In this document: positions 46,260-55,025 of the stretch, in pieces
Position numbering within the stretch: the stretch's first letter is position 1
How the letters are laid out: every line of letters starts with the position of its first letter
Assembly (NCBI GenBank): GCA_964639975.1
Contig: CAZXER010000003.1
Location: forward strand, 5,968-69,967
Length of the DNA stretch: 64,000 nt
From: an uncultured Halobacteriales archaeon
GTDB lineage: Archaea; Halobacteriota; Halobacteria; Halobacteriales; SKSH01
Direction: 5' to 3'
Notes under the pieces: model-generated
The model's database searches: none
Told to the model about the DNA's origin: nothing
The model's input: the letters and a program-made list of their open reading frames with translations, nothing else
Translations under genes and position numbers: made by a program

Positions 46260-47522
46260 TCAGGGGGCAGTAACGTCGACCGCTATCGAGGCGAGGTCGC
46301 CATCGAACGAGTTGGCAACGGTATGTGGATCCTCGCCGTTCATGCATCGGTGATGGAACGCGATGCAGTCAGCCTCTGCCGGCCGGGGGGTGTGTCCGAC
46401 CCACTGGTAGATACGAAACGCCGCTGGTACCTCCATCGCCTCGTAGACCGATCTCGCCGTGGGGAATCGTTCCTCGTGGATATCCTCACCGAAGACGAGT
46501 ATCGCAGCCTTCCTGGCCTCGATACCGGTCCACGCATCTGGGTACAACAAGGTATCACTGTCGTCCTCGCCACCCATGTACAGGTACTGAGGAACGGACC
46601 GAAACGCCTCGAGGTCGAAGGCCGTACCGGTCACCGCTTCGAAATCGCTGACCCCGACTTGGTACGGCACCGGGTGGTTGTCCACTTCGGCAGCGGGGAG
46701 CAAGGCCATCCCATTGAGCCCACCGGCAGTGACGGACAACACACGATCGGGGTGTAGGGCCGCAAAGCGATTGGCGAACTTGGCCGACGCGGAGAACCCG
46801 TTCATCATGAACGTCTCTCGGATCGGATAGCCTTCGTCAGTTAACCGCTCGATGGCATCGTCTACCATCGCGACCAACTGTCGATCGATCCGTTCCAGTG
46901 GTCCCGAGTCGATCTGAAGCGTCTCCCGATCGAGTTGATGAGTGTAATGCGTCCAATCGACCGGGGTCGAAACCGGGCGCGGGAAAACGGGTATTACCAG
47001 CGGCACGGCCAACGCATCCGCGATGTGCCTCGCGCTCCCCCGGTTGATCCGAACCTGGGTGTCTTCTTTCGGTTTCTCGAGACCATCGGATGGTCCGGGG
47101 ATGTTGGTCGATTCGACGAGCAAGGGGACGGGATCGGGATCCGATGCGAACGGCGGGGCGTACAGGAAATAGGGATAGTTGAACCCGGCCGCCGGATCAG
47201 CCTCGACGAGGAACGGATCGATGCCAGCCTGCTGCTGGTCAACAGTGATCGTCGCCTGGTCGGATGCCACCGATTCATCGTGATCGATATCGTGAAGGAC
47301 CGCTTCGATTCGCGTCGTTTCGTTTAGTTGAGGAGAGAGGCCGATACGGAGATCGGTGTATCTGACTCCGGGGTTCAATGGCGGGCCGTGTATCTCTGCC
47401 TCATCGGTGATGATGCGTACTTCGGCGTGGCTCTCGGATTCGACGTCATCAACCGTGATCGAGGTGCCATTCGAAGCTTGGTCCTCGATTGTGAGTCGAG
47501 TGTCGATAGAGGCGGGGACCAT
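46260..47522 (-). CDS. Hypothetical alpha/beta-hydrolase-like protein with an N-terminal beta-rich module
   Basis: 420 aa. Candidate nucleophile elbow NGFSASAKF (G-x-S-x-S) and a later WVGHTP. No signal peptide or TM seen. No confident family call. Confidence 0.5.
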   Translation of the reverse strand: MVPASIDTRLTIEDQASNGTSITVDDVESESHAEVRIITDEAEIHGPPLNPGVRYTDLRIGLSPQLNETTRIEAVLHDIDHDESVASDQATITVDQQQAGIDPFLVEADPAAGFNYPYFLYAPPFASDPDPVPLLVESTNIPGPSDGLEKPKEDTQVRINRGSARHIADALAVPLVIPVFPRPVSTPVDWTHYTHQLDRETLQIDSGPLERIDRQLVAMVDDAIERLTDEGYPIRETFMMNGFSASAKFANRFAALHPDRVLSVTAGGLNGMALLPAAEVDNHPVPYQVGVSDFEAVTGTAFDLEAFRSVPQYLYMGGEDDSDTLLYPDAWTGIEARKAAILVFGEDIHEERFPTARSVYEAMEVPAAFRIYQWVGHTPRPAEADCIAFHHRCMNGEDPHTVANSFDGDLASIAVDVTAP

Positions 47523-47685
47523 GCAGTGAATTCGAGGTCCATTCAGGACATAAATATGGGTAAAATCGTCGGAGACTCACAGCGTCGACTTTTCTCGGGG
47601 ATCGAGCAACGAGGACAGGTGCTATGATCGAGTGAAGTTCCGTGTTGGACGCGACTCACGCATCCGGCACAGAATGTCGGTAGGG

Positions 47686-48357
47686 TTATTGAGTACTACG
47701 GGTTGCCTTCACCGCATAGACCATACCGAGCATGGCTGAATCGAGCGGTTCGACTCCACCGAAGACTTCATCCAAGGACTGACGAACGAATCCATCTGGA
47801 TTCCAATTGGCGTACCAGCGTAAGAACCACTTCAGGAACGGATTGAATACCCGGCGTAATCCAGACTGAAACTCCTGGATGTCAACAACTCCAAGCGGAG
47901 CGCCTGGTTTGAGTGCAGCGTGAATATTTCGAACGGCCCGTTCGACATCAGGCATTACACTCAACGCGAGCGTTGCGATCGCCGCATCATACGGGCCGTT
48001 GAGCGCAGCCGTCGTAGCGTCGGCGCGAACGACATCGATGTTCGTCCACCCATGCGTCTCGACACGCTCGCGAGCTTGTTCGACCATCTCGGGGCTATAG
48101 TCGATTGTGACGAGTGAGCCACTGTCTCCAATCGCCTCCCGAATAGTACCGAAATTCACGCCGGGCCCACAGCCGATTTCTACTACCGAATCGCCTTCCT
48201 CGAGACCCAGTTGTGCGATCATTTTGTTCCGGATCGGTTCGAAGTCCTGTTCGCTCATTCGGTACCAATTGCTCCAGCGGTTCCAAACGGTCTCGCTGCG
48301 CTGGAGGTGAGAGCTATACTCTGATTCAGCGTCGGGCTGGCGATCAACTCCAGTCAT
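47686..48357 (-). CDS. Class I SAM-dependent methyltransferase
   Basis: 223 aa. Motif I VVEIGCGPGVNF, post-I IDYSPEMV, and motif II/III. Visibly lower GC than its neighbours. Confidence 0.85.
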   Translation of the reverse strand: MTGVDRQPDAESEYSSHLQRSETVWNRWSNWYRMSEQDFEPIRNKMIAQLGLEEGDSVVEIGCGPGVNFGTIREAIGDSGSLVTIDYSPEMVEQARERVETHGWTNIDVVRADATTAALNGPYDAAIATLALSVMPDVERAVRNIHAALKPGAPLGVVDIQEFQSGLRRVFNPFLKWFLRWYANWNPDGFVRQSLDEVFGGVEPLDSAMLGMVYAVKATRSTQ

Positions 48358-48506
48358 GATCGTTTTGCCGAACGCTCATTCGATCGGTAAACTCCCTCGA
48401 TGACCTCCCGTGACATCTCCTGTGCACACACTGTGACAAACTCCGAATCGGTCCTACCTGAAACTTCCTCATAGAGTTCGAGTATTGTGTTAGCCAGATG
48501 GTTGTC
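48354..48506 (-). pseudogene. Start-less 50-codon ORF remnant whose stop overlaps the methyltransferase ATG
   Basis: Reverse-strand translation DNHLANTILELYEEVSGRTDSEFVTVCAQEMSREVIEGVYRSNERSAKRS* looks protein-like. It is bounded upstream by TGA, and an upstream +1-frame piece (..SLDIIGAMMTQPYRWYVRQPSG*) abuts it. Confidence 0.3.
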
Positions 48507-48886
48507 TCACGTACCACCGATACGGCTGAGTCATCATTGCACCGATAATATCGAGGGATTCAGAGAAGAAATCGGAAACGGGGACGTCTATGCCCGAATC
48601 AATGGTCGTTGACCGAGTATTGGACGCGATAGCTGAGCCTTGTACAGCAAATTAATTCAATCCAGGCCAGTGGGGATCGATTGAACACCCTCGTCAGTCA
48701 CTCTACGCGTATCGATTGTAACGACCGGTCCATCGCACGCTCTCACCGATCGAGGTGAGATTGTGATCTACGCGGCGGCCATGATCGACCTTGTTGTACC
48801 CATCCCGTTAGGGTGTGAACTCCAGTCCACCACTATTAACAGCTGAGTTTTTCGTTAAGTAGGAGGGATGTAAATCTCAAGTAGGA

Positions 48887-48968
48887 CGCCAGGACTGGGA
48901 TTTGAACCCAGAATCCCGTAGGGGAACACGCTTTCCAGGCGTGCGCCTTACCGTTCGGCCATCCTGGC
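48887..48968 (-). tRNA. tRNA-Ser (anticodon GGA)
   Basis: The reverse strand reads GCCAGGATGGCCGAACGGTAAGGCGCACGCCTGGAAAGCGTGTTCCCCTACGGGATTCTGGGTTCAAATCCCAGTCCTGGCG. It has a 7-bp acceptor stem, anticodon loop CU-GGA-AA, a long variable arm and T-loop GGTTCAAATCC. CCA is not encoded. Confidence 0.9.
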
Positions 48969-48995
48969 TCAGTTGCGGGCTAGGTGAGGCGGCTA

Positions 48996-49202
48996 CTAAA
49001 CCTCTTTCGAGGACTCCCCAGCAGCGAGTCGCCGCAGGATAAACTCGGTCGTGATCGTGGTGGAGAGAACGACACCGACACCGAATCCGATGGCCACTGA
49101 TGTGGGGAGGTCCCATCCCTGCGTGACCCCGTAGGCGAGGTACAGGACCCCGTAGATGAGGGCCGCTGCAACACCCGCTCCGACCGCATACCGATCGATC
49201 AC
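48996..49202 (-). CDS. Small (68 aa) two-helix membrane protein
   Basis: MIDRYAVGAGVAAALIYGVLYLAYGV...VAIGFGVGVVLSTTI. The ATG overlaps the ridA stop (ATGA-type, 49199-49202). Confidence 0.5.
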   Translation of the reverse strand: MIDRYAVGAGVAAALIYGVLYLAYGVTQGWDLPTSVAIGFGVGVVLSTTITTEFILRRLAAGESSKEV

Positions 49203-49579
49203 GGGCGAGGGGCGATCGCCTCGATCTCGACGCCGACGCCCAGGGGTAACGACCCCACCTCGAACGCACTTCGCGCCGGCGGTTCGTCGTCGAAGAAGGT
49301 GCCATAGACCTCGTTCATCGCCTCGTAGTCCTCGATATCGTCCAGCATCACGGTGACCTTGATCGCCTCCGCCAGGTTCGTCCCTGCCGACCGCAACACC
49401 GCATCGACGTTGTTCAACGCCTGGCGGGTCTGTTCCTCGATCGATGCGTCGTCGAGGACCTCACCATCCGGCGTGAGGGGAACCTGGCCCGAGGTCACGA
49501 CGATCGACTCGGTGGCGATACCTTGGCTGTACGCACCAACCGCAGCGGGTGCCTCGTCCGTCTCGAGTACGTTGCGCAT
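49199..49579 (-). CDS. ridA: RidA family reactive-intermediate (enamine/imine) deaminase
   Basis: 126 aa. APAAVGAYSQG, SGQVPL and PARSAFEVGSLPLGVGVEIEAIA are YjgF/RidA hallmarks. Confidence 0.9.
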   Translation of the reverse strand: MRNVLETDEAPAAVGAYSQGIATESIVVTSGQVPLTPDGEVLDDASIEEQTRQALNNVDAVLRSAGTNLAEAIKVTVMLDDIEDYEAMNEVYGTFFDDEPPARSAFEVGSLPLGVGVEIEAIAPRP

Positions 49580-49623
49580 ACGGACCGCTCGTGGGCGGGT
49601 ATCAAAAATCGGTCGCGACGGAC

Positions 49624-50772
49624 TCAGCGCTGATCCAGCGGGGCGAACTCAGCCCCGCGAGGACCGACGTACCTCGCCCGGGGCCGGATGAGGCGGTTGT
49701 CCTCCTGGTACTCAATGACGTGACCGATCCAGCCGGCCGTCCGGCTGAGGGCGAATATCGGCGTGTACAGATCCATCGGGATGCCGAGTTGGTCGTAGAC
49801 GACGCCCGAGTAGAAGTCGACGTTCGGGGCGATGCCCTTCTCGACCAGTCCGGTCTCGGTCAGGTACTCCTCGATGGCCTTCGCGTACCCGACGTACGTC
49901 TCCTCGGCATCCGCCTCGGCTAACGCCTGTGCCTTCGCATCGAGAATGTGGGCGCGTGGATCCTTCACCCGGTAGACCCGGTGGCCGAAACCGGGGACGC
50001 GCTCGTTGCGACGTTGCATGTCCTTGACCCACTCGACCGGGTCGCTATCGCTGTCCTCGATATCCCGGAACATGCGCATGACCTCCTGGTTGGCACCGCC
50101 ATGCAGTGGGCCACTCAACGCACCGATCCCACCGGTGACTGACGCATACAGATCGGACATCGTCGATCCGATCACCATCGCCGTGAACGTCGAGGCATTC
50201 AGTCCGTGGTCGGCATGGAGGATCAACGACATATCGAAGGTCTCCCGGGCCAATGCCGTGCCGGATTCCCCACTCAACATTCGGAGGAAGTCGCCCGCCA
50301 ATGACCTCGATGGATCGGGCTCGAGTGGCTCTCGACCCTGTCGGTACGCCTCGAAGGCAGCGATGATGGTGGGGATCCTGCCGAGGATGCGAATCCCCTT
50401 CTCGCGACTCTCGTCGAGATCAGCGGTCGTGAACGAGGGCTCATCGTCGTAGGCCGAGAGCATCGATGTGGCGGTGCGAAGCGCCGCCATCGGGGTCTCG
50501 CCTGCCGCCGCAAGTGCCTCGAGGGTGGAGAGTACATCCTCGGGAAGTGTTCGTTCGTCGGCGAGACGCCCACTGAAGTGCTCAAGCTCGGCCTCTGACG
50601 GGAGTGAATCGTGCCAGAGGAGGTACACGACCTCTTCGTAGGTGGCATGCTCGGCCAGATCCTCGATCGAATATCCTCGGTAGATCAGCTCTCCAGCGTC
50701 CCCATCGACGTCACTGAGGGCTGACTCGGCGACGAGTACGCCGTCAAGTCCCTTCGAAAGCTCGTCGGACAT
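49624..50772 (-). CDS. citZ: Citrate synthase
   Basis: Start moved to ATG 50772 (MSDELSKGLDGVLVAES). LILHADHGLNASTF, GPLHGGAN and PGFGHRVYR. Confidence 0.95.
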   Translation of the reverse strand: MSDELSKGLDGVLVAESALSDVDGDAGELIYRGYSIEDLAEHATYEEVVYLLWHDSLPSEAELEHFSGRLADERTLPEDVLSTLEALAAAGETPMAALRTATSMLSAYDDEPSFTTADLDESREKGIRILGRIPTIIAAFEAYRQGREPLEPDPSRSLAGDFLRMLSGESGTALARETFDMSLILHADHGLNASTFTAMVIGSTMSDLYASVTGGIGALSGPLHGGANQEVMRMFRDIEDSDSDPVEWVKDMQRRNERVPGFGHRVYRVKDPRAHILDAKAQALAEADAEETYVGYAKAIEEYLTETGLVEKGIAPNVDFYSGVVYDQLGIPMDLYTPIFALSRTAGWIGHVIEYQEDNRLIRPRARYVGPRGAEFAPLDQR

Positions 50773-50816
50773 GCGTAGAACTACCCGAGGAATGGGGAAA
50801 AGCGTACCGTCTAGCC

Positions 50817-51107
50817 TCAATCGGTGGGGATGGCACTCCCGCGACGATAGAGGGTCACCAGGCTGAGGACGAACGCGAGCAACAGGGCAATCGAGAAGCC
50901 GAGAACCGCGGCCAATACGAGGTAAAACGTCGAGTCAGCGACGGTCTCTTCGGGCGACACCACCTGGAGATAGTACACGACAGCTGCGATGACCGTTCCC
51001 ACGACGAGGCCGATGGCGAAATTCCGGCGTGCCCGGGTCGCAGCGAGTACCGAGCGAAGGGCGCCATCTTCAGCCGTGGTCGACATGCTACCGTTTCCTT
51101 TGACCAT
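50817..51107 (-). CDS. Hypothetical small membrane protein (2 TM)
   Basis: MVKGNGSMSTTAEDG... followed by two hydrophobic helices. Start ambiguous: GTG 51134, ATG 51107 or ATG 51086. Confidence 0.45.
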   Translation of the reverse strand: MVKGNGSMSTTAEDGALRSVLAATRARRNFAIGLVVGTVIAAVVYYLQVVSPEETVADSTFYLVLAAVLGFSIALLLAFVLSLVTLYRRGSAIPTD

Positions 51108-51159
51108 CGAGCGCAAAACAGCCTCGGTCCTCACCTGAAGGTGGGACGGGAGGGCTCGA

Positions 51160-51186
51160 ACTCACGGTCGTCTGTGACGAACGTGA
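51160..51186. promoter_or_regulatory. 27-nt near-perfect palindrome in a divergent promoter spacer
   Basis: CTCACGGTCGT-ctgtg-ACGAACGTGAG: 10 of 11 arm positions are complementary. Confidence 0.3.
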
Positions 51187-51316
51187 GCACGTCGATGATA
51201 CCGAACATACTCGCGCACGATCGCCCATAGCGTCCGTGCGGTTGTTCGCGTACTACGCCCGCTGCACGGGGCAAGACCGTCAACGTCAATACGCCCCGCT
51301 CACCCTCTCCGAGCGA

Positions 51317-52273
51317 ATGATAGAGGTTGGAGAGGTCACAGCTACCCCGGGGGAGCGTGATACAGGTCGACTCCCTATCGGCGAGGCAAAAGATGGGGCG
51401 TCAGTCGAGCTGCCTGTCGCCATCGCGAACGGAAGCGACGACGGCCCGACCCTCTTCGTCCAGGCTGCGAGCGATGGGAACGAGCTCAATGGCGTCGGTG
51501 TCGTCAGTCGATTGTGGCCGCAGCTCGACCCACAGGAGCTCAGCGGAGCTGTCATCATTATTGGTGTCGCCAACTGGCATGCGTACCAGCGCGCTGAGCA
51601 CCTCAACCCGATCGATAACACGAAGTTGAACCGGGCGTTTCCCGGGGATCCGGACGGTAGTTCGAGCGAACGCATCGCCGCAGAGATATTCGAGGTCGCG
51701 AAAAAAGCGGATATCGCCTTGGACCTCCATCAGGGTGGGACAAGCCGGATGATCCACGAGGTGCGCGTCCGCTGTGGTCGACATCATGACCTCCACGGGG
51801 AGTGCCTCGAACTGGCCAAGACCTTCAATTGTGGTCACATCCTCGACAAGCAAGGTCCCGATGGTCAACTCGCCCGGGTGCTCGCCGACGAGGGGATCCC
51901 GGTCGTCGACCCGGAACTGGGCGGGTGTGTCGGCTGGGACGAAGCGAGCATCGAGATCGGGCTCGAGGGGGTCACGAACGTGCTCAGCGAGTACGGGCTG
52001 CTTGACGGTGAAGTCGAACCAACGACGCAGAAGCGGATCGGTGAATTCGACCAATATCACAGTCCGAATGGAGGACTCGTTCGCTTCGAAGCTGAGCTCG
52101 GAGATCAGGTTGCTGCTGGTGACCCCTTGGGCACCATCACCTCCGTCTTCGGTGCAGAGAAAGCACAGATAACGGCGGAATCAGCGGGTATTCTCTGGCG
52201 TAAACGGCGCTTGCCACACGTCGCCACCGGGGAGTACGTCTGTTCGGTGGGAACCGACGTCGATGAGGTCTGA
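51317..52273 (+). CDS. Succinylglutamate desuccinylase/aspartoacylase (AstE/AspA) family deacylase
   Basis: Start moved to ATG 51317 (MIEVGEVTATPGERDTGRL). Family layout with ..FVQAASDGNELNG.. (the usual H-x-x-E reads D-G-N-E) and ALDLHQGG. Confidence 0.75.
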   Translation: MIEVGEVTATPGERDTGRLPIGEAKDGASVELPVAIANGSDDGPTLFVQAASDGNELNGVGVVSRLWPQLDPQELSGAVIIIGVANWHAYQRAEHLNPIDNTKLNRAFPGDPDGSSSERIAAEIFEVAKKADIALDLHQGGTSRMIHEVRVRCGRHHDLHGECLELAKTFNCGHILDKQGPDGQLARVLADEGIPVVDPELGGCVGWDEASIEIGLEGVTNVLSEYGLLDGEVEPTTQKRIGEFDQYHSPNGGLVRFEAELGDQVAAGDPLGTITSVFGAEKAQITAESAGILWRKRRLPHVATGEYVCSVGTDVDEV

Positions 52274-53327
52274 GCCCGTTGGCACCCGGTGTGGTCAGTG
52301 TAACCGGCGGTACGAGGCCAGCCCATCCGAACCACATCGGTGTGCGTGTGGTGCACCGCTCGATTTGCTCGAGACTAGCCAGCCAGAACGGCTTCCGACA
52401 ACCCTTGTCGGCGGTATATGGGAGTTCGCTGAGGCATTACCCAGCGGTCCACCTATCGACATCGGCGCCGGTGGAACCCCGCTCGTCGACGCCCCAGCCT
52501 TCGCCGCACAGTTCAAGCTCGAGACGTGCAACCCGACCGGGAGCTTCAAAGATCGTGGAGCTGCGGTCACCCTGTCGCGAGCCGTGGCACTCGGGGTCGA
52601 GCAGCTCAAGGAGGATTCCTCCGGGAACGCGGGACTTGCCATCGCCACACATGCCGCCAATGCTGACATCACGGCCACGATCTTCGTCCCAGCCGATGCC
52701 ACTGGATCGACAATCGATGCCATCCAAGCGACCGGAGCCGACGTCCGTCCGATCGAAGGGAGCCGATCAGACGTGGCTGCGGCAGCTGTCGCCGCCGATA
52801 CCGGGTGGTACGCGAGTCATGCCTGGCGTCCTGAATTCTACGAGGGGACCGCCACCCTCGCATGGGAACTGATCGGCGATAAGGGTGGCCACGTTCCCGA
52901 GGCCGTGATCCTGCCCGTGGGGCATGGAACCCTGCTACTTGGCCTGTATCGAGGCTTCGCCAGGCTCGTCGAGGTTGGCCTGCTGGATTGCGTCCCTCGA
53001 CTCTACGCCGTCCAGCTTCGGGGTGCCGGGTCACTCCAAACGACGGATTCGCCGGTCGACGACGATCTCGCTCCAGGGATCCGGATCCCAGCACCGGCCC
53101 GCGAAACACAGGTGCACCATGCCATCGAGGCAAGCGGCGGTCGCGTGGTGGCGATCGATCCCGAGGCTGTCAGACCCTCGCGGGAACGCCTCGCACACCG
53201 GGGTTTCGACGTGTGTTCCACCGCTGTGGTCGCGCTTGTCGGGTGGGAACACCTGCTTGAAACGGGGGTGGAATCGCCCGACAGCGACGTGACAGTCGTC
53301 CTGACCGGTCGGTCCCGAGACCGCTGA
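52263..53327 (+). CDS. Threonine synthase-like PLP enzyme with an N-terminal zinc ribbon
   Basis: CGQC...CACG ribbon, PLP-lysine motif NPTGSFKDRGA, and SSGNAG. It overlaps the preceding gene by 11 nt. Confidence 0.75.
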   Translation: MRSEPVGTRCGQCNRRYEASPSEPHRCACGAPLDLLETSQPERLPTTLVGGIWEFAEALPSGPPIDIGAGGTPLVDAPAFAAQFKLETCNPTGSFKDRGAAVTLSRAVALGVEQLKEDSSGNAGLAIATHAANADITATIFVPADATGSTIDAIQATGADVRPIEGSRSDVAAAAVAADTGWYASHAWRPEFYEGTATLAWELIGDKGGHVPEAVILPVGHGTLLLGLYRGFARLVEVGLLDCVPRLYAVQLRGAGSLQTTDSPVDDDLAPGIRIPAPARETQVHHAIEASGGRVVAIDPEAVRPSRERLAHRGFDVCSTAVVALVGWEHLLETGVESPDSDVTVVLTGRSRDR

Positions 53328-53374
53328 GACGGGCGAGGCGTCGGATTTACCTTATCGGGCCCCGAGGTGTTGGC

Positions 53375-53662
53375 ATGGCCGAGCAGGAGGTCCCGGATGA
53401 ACTGACCCGTCTCGTCGAGAAGATGAACGATGAGTATCTCGAGTCTGAGCTCGCCATCGCCGGAGCGCTTGCCGAGGCCGAGGGGCCACTCTCCATCGAC
53501 GAGCTCGTCGAGGCGACCGGGTACACCAAACGAACCGTCAAGAAACGTGTCGACTCTCTCGAAGAGCGGCTGCAGGGGCCACCACTGCTGCGTCGAAGCG
53601 GTGGGGAGGGCGCTGAGCTGCATCCTCGCCTCGCAACCGCCTTCACGCAGGGCGACGAGTAG
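53375..53662 (+). CDS. Small winged-helix (MarR/ArsR-like) DNA-binding protein
   Basis: 95 aa. GPLSIDELVEATGYTKRTVKKRVDSLEERL is an HTH-like segment. Confidence 0.5.
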   Translation: MAEQEVPDELTRLVEKMNDEYLESELAIAGALAEAEGPLSIDELVEATGYTKRTVKKRVDSLEERLQGPPLLRRSGGEGAELHPRLATAFTQGDE

Positions 53663-54925
53663 CTATCGTTCCGGGTGAACAGGGGCATCCATACCACCGC
53701 GCACGAGCGGACGGGCCAGATGTCGTCTGGCCGTGGGTGGGACCTCGTACCAACCGACATCGATCGCTCGATCGAGCGCTGTAGGCACCCGTGAGTCGCG
53801 GGTCGACCCACATCGACGGCAGCGATAGCCCTGATCAGTGCCGGCGCTTTCCATACGGGCCGCACAGTCCGGGCACGTCGGGACGACCCGTCGGTACCGC
53901 CTGGGACGCCGAAGTGCGAACTTCTCGAGCTTGAGCGTGTCTTGCCCGACCTCGCCACAGACGGTGACGCGGTCTCCGGGTTCGAGGTGTCGGATGCGGT
54001 CTCGGAACCGGTCTGTCGGTTCGAACGCCACGCACGATAGCGTCGCATCGTCGCCGGCCACCTCGAAATGGACGTGACCTCCGGGGCGCGTCTCCGGTGT
54101 CGAGACGACCACTGCGTCGATGTAGTAACTCCGTCCATTCTGTACCATGGCCGGGGTCCCCGGCGTGAGATGATTATCCGTCCCCTGGTTCGTCCGGTAG
54201 AGGCTCGTGCGCTCGATCGGTTCGTGTGAAAGGAGGTCCGCAGCGGTCGTCACCGCTGCGCGATCTTCCCCACGGATGCCAACAAGCACGGGTCCGGGGG
54301 CGTTGGGAATGCAGACGACCTCGCCGGTTGCCATATCGACGGTATCCCACGTTCGAGGGTAGGTGGCAGATGAGGCGGCAAACGCCGAGTCCGGATCGAC
54401 CTCGCGCTGGGTCCCCCAGCGGTCTGGTTGCCGATACAGCAGCAACTCGACGGTCCATTCATCGAGGGCGCGAGCCGCACCGATGGCCGCGGTGGCACCG
54501 ATGAGCCCTCGACCCCCGCTCGCTGACCAGGTGAGCGCGTCGACCGACGACAGCACCGCTCGTGCCTCGGCTAACTCGACCTCCGTTCTGATCGTCCGCC
54601 AGGTGTGAGATGCCAGTTCTGCCGCGCGCTCGGGTGAGACGACCGCGAGGCCAGGTTGTGTTCGGGGGTCGTCCACCTCGGCGAGTTGTTCGATCTGCTC
54701 TCGCGCGGTCTCCATAGCAGCTGACGGTGGTGCAGTCGTCCGTAGCGCGACCGCGGCGTTGCCCCGCGTCTTGTGTTCGATAGCCGGATTCAAACGGATG
54801 AGTCGACGGTCGGTGACCTCGTAGCCGGCTTCGAGGAGGGAATCGGCGATGGTGGCACCGACGTACGTCGTGCACATTCCCGCGGTCTTCGAATCCGTAT
54901 CGTCGATCCCGATCACCGCGCCCAT
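53663..54925 (-). CDS. tiaS: tRNA(Ile2) 2-agmatinylcytidine synthetase TiaS
   Basis: 420 aa. IGIDDTDSKTAGMCTTY N-terminus, an OB-like middle region and a C-terminal zinc ribbon CPDC...CRRC. Confidence 0.85.
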   Translation of the reverse strand: MGAVIGIDDTDSKTAGMCTTYVGATIADSLLEAGYEVTDRRLIRLNPAIEHKTRGNAAVALRTTAPPSAAMETAREQIEQLAEVDDPRTQPGLAVVSPERAAELASHTWRTIRTEVELAEARAVLSSVDALTWSASGGRGLIGATAAIGAARALDEWTVELLLYRQPDRWGTQREVDPDSAFAASSATYPRTWDTVDMATGEVVCIPNAPGPVLVGIRGEDRAAVTTAADLLSHEPIERTSLYRTNQGTDNHLTPGTPAMVQNGRSYYIDAVVVSTPETRPGGHVHFEVAGDDATLSCVAFEPTDRFRDRIRHLEPGDRVTVCGEVGQDTLKLEKFALRRPRRYRRVVPTCPDCAARMESAGTDQGYRCRRCGSTRDSRVPTALDRAIDVGWYEVPPTARRHLARPLVRGGMDAPVHPER

Positions 54926-55025
54926 GCATCCGCGTGTAGGTGGGTGCCCCTTTTTCGGGTTTCGGCCCCTCGTGGCGGGAGTTTCAGCATAAATGATATA
55001 TCTACTCAGGTACCTATCTCATCAT

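Noticed and set aside
48877-49305. 142-aa reverse ORF overlapping tRNA-Ser and ridA
   Set aside because: It runs through a tRNA gene and is out of frame with ridA. Its composition is Arg/Ser/Pro-rich.
51141-51165. tRNA-like T-arm string (gggctcgaactc) suggesting a tRNA or tRNA fragment
   Set aside because: The flanks cannot be folded into a T-stem, acceptor stem or anticodon arm. The sequence is better explained as part of the 27-nt palindrome.
53347-54138. 263-aa reverse ORF and several others overlapping the tiaS and wHTH genes
   Set aside because: They are out of frame with tiaS, Ser/Arg-rich, and have no motifs.
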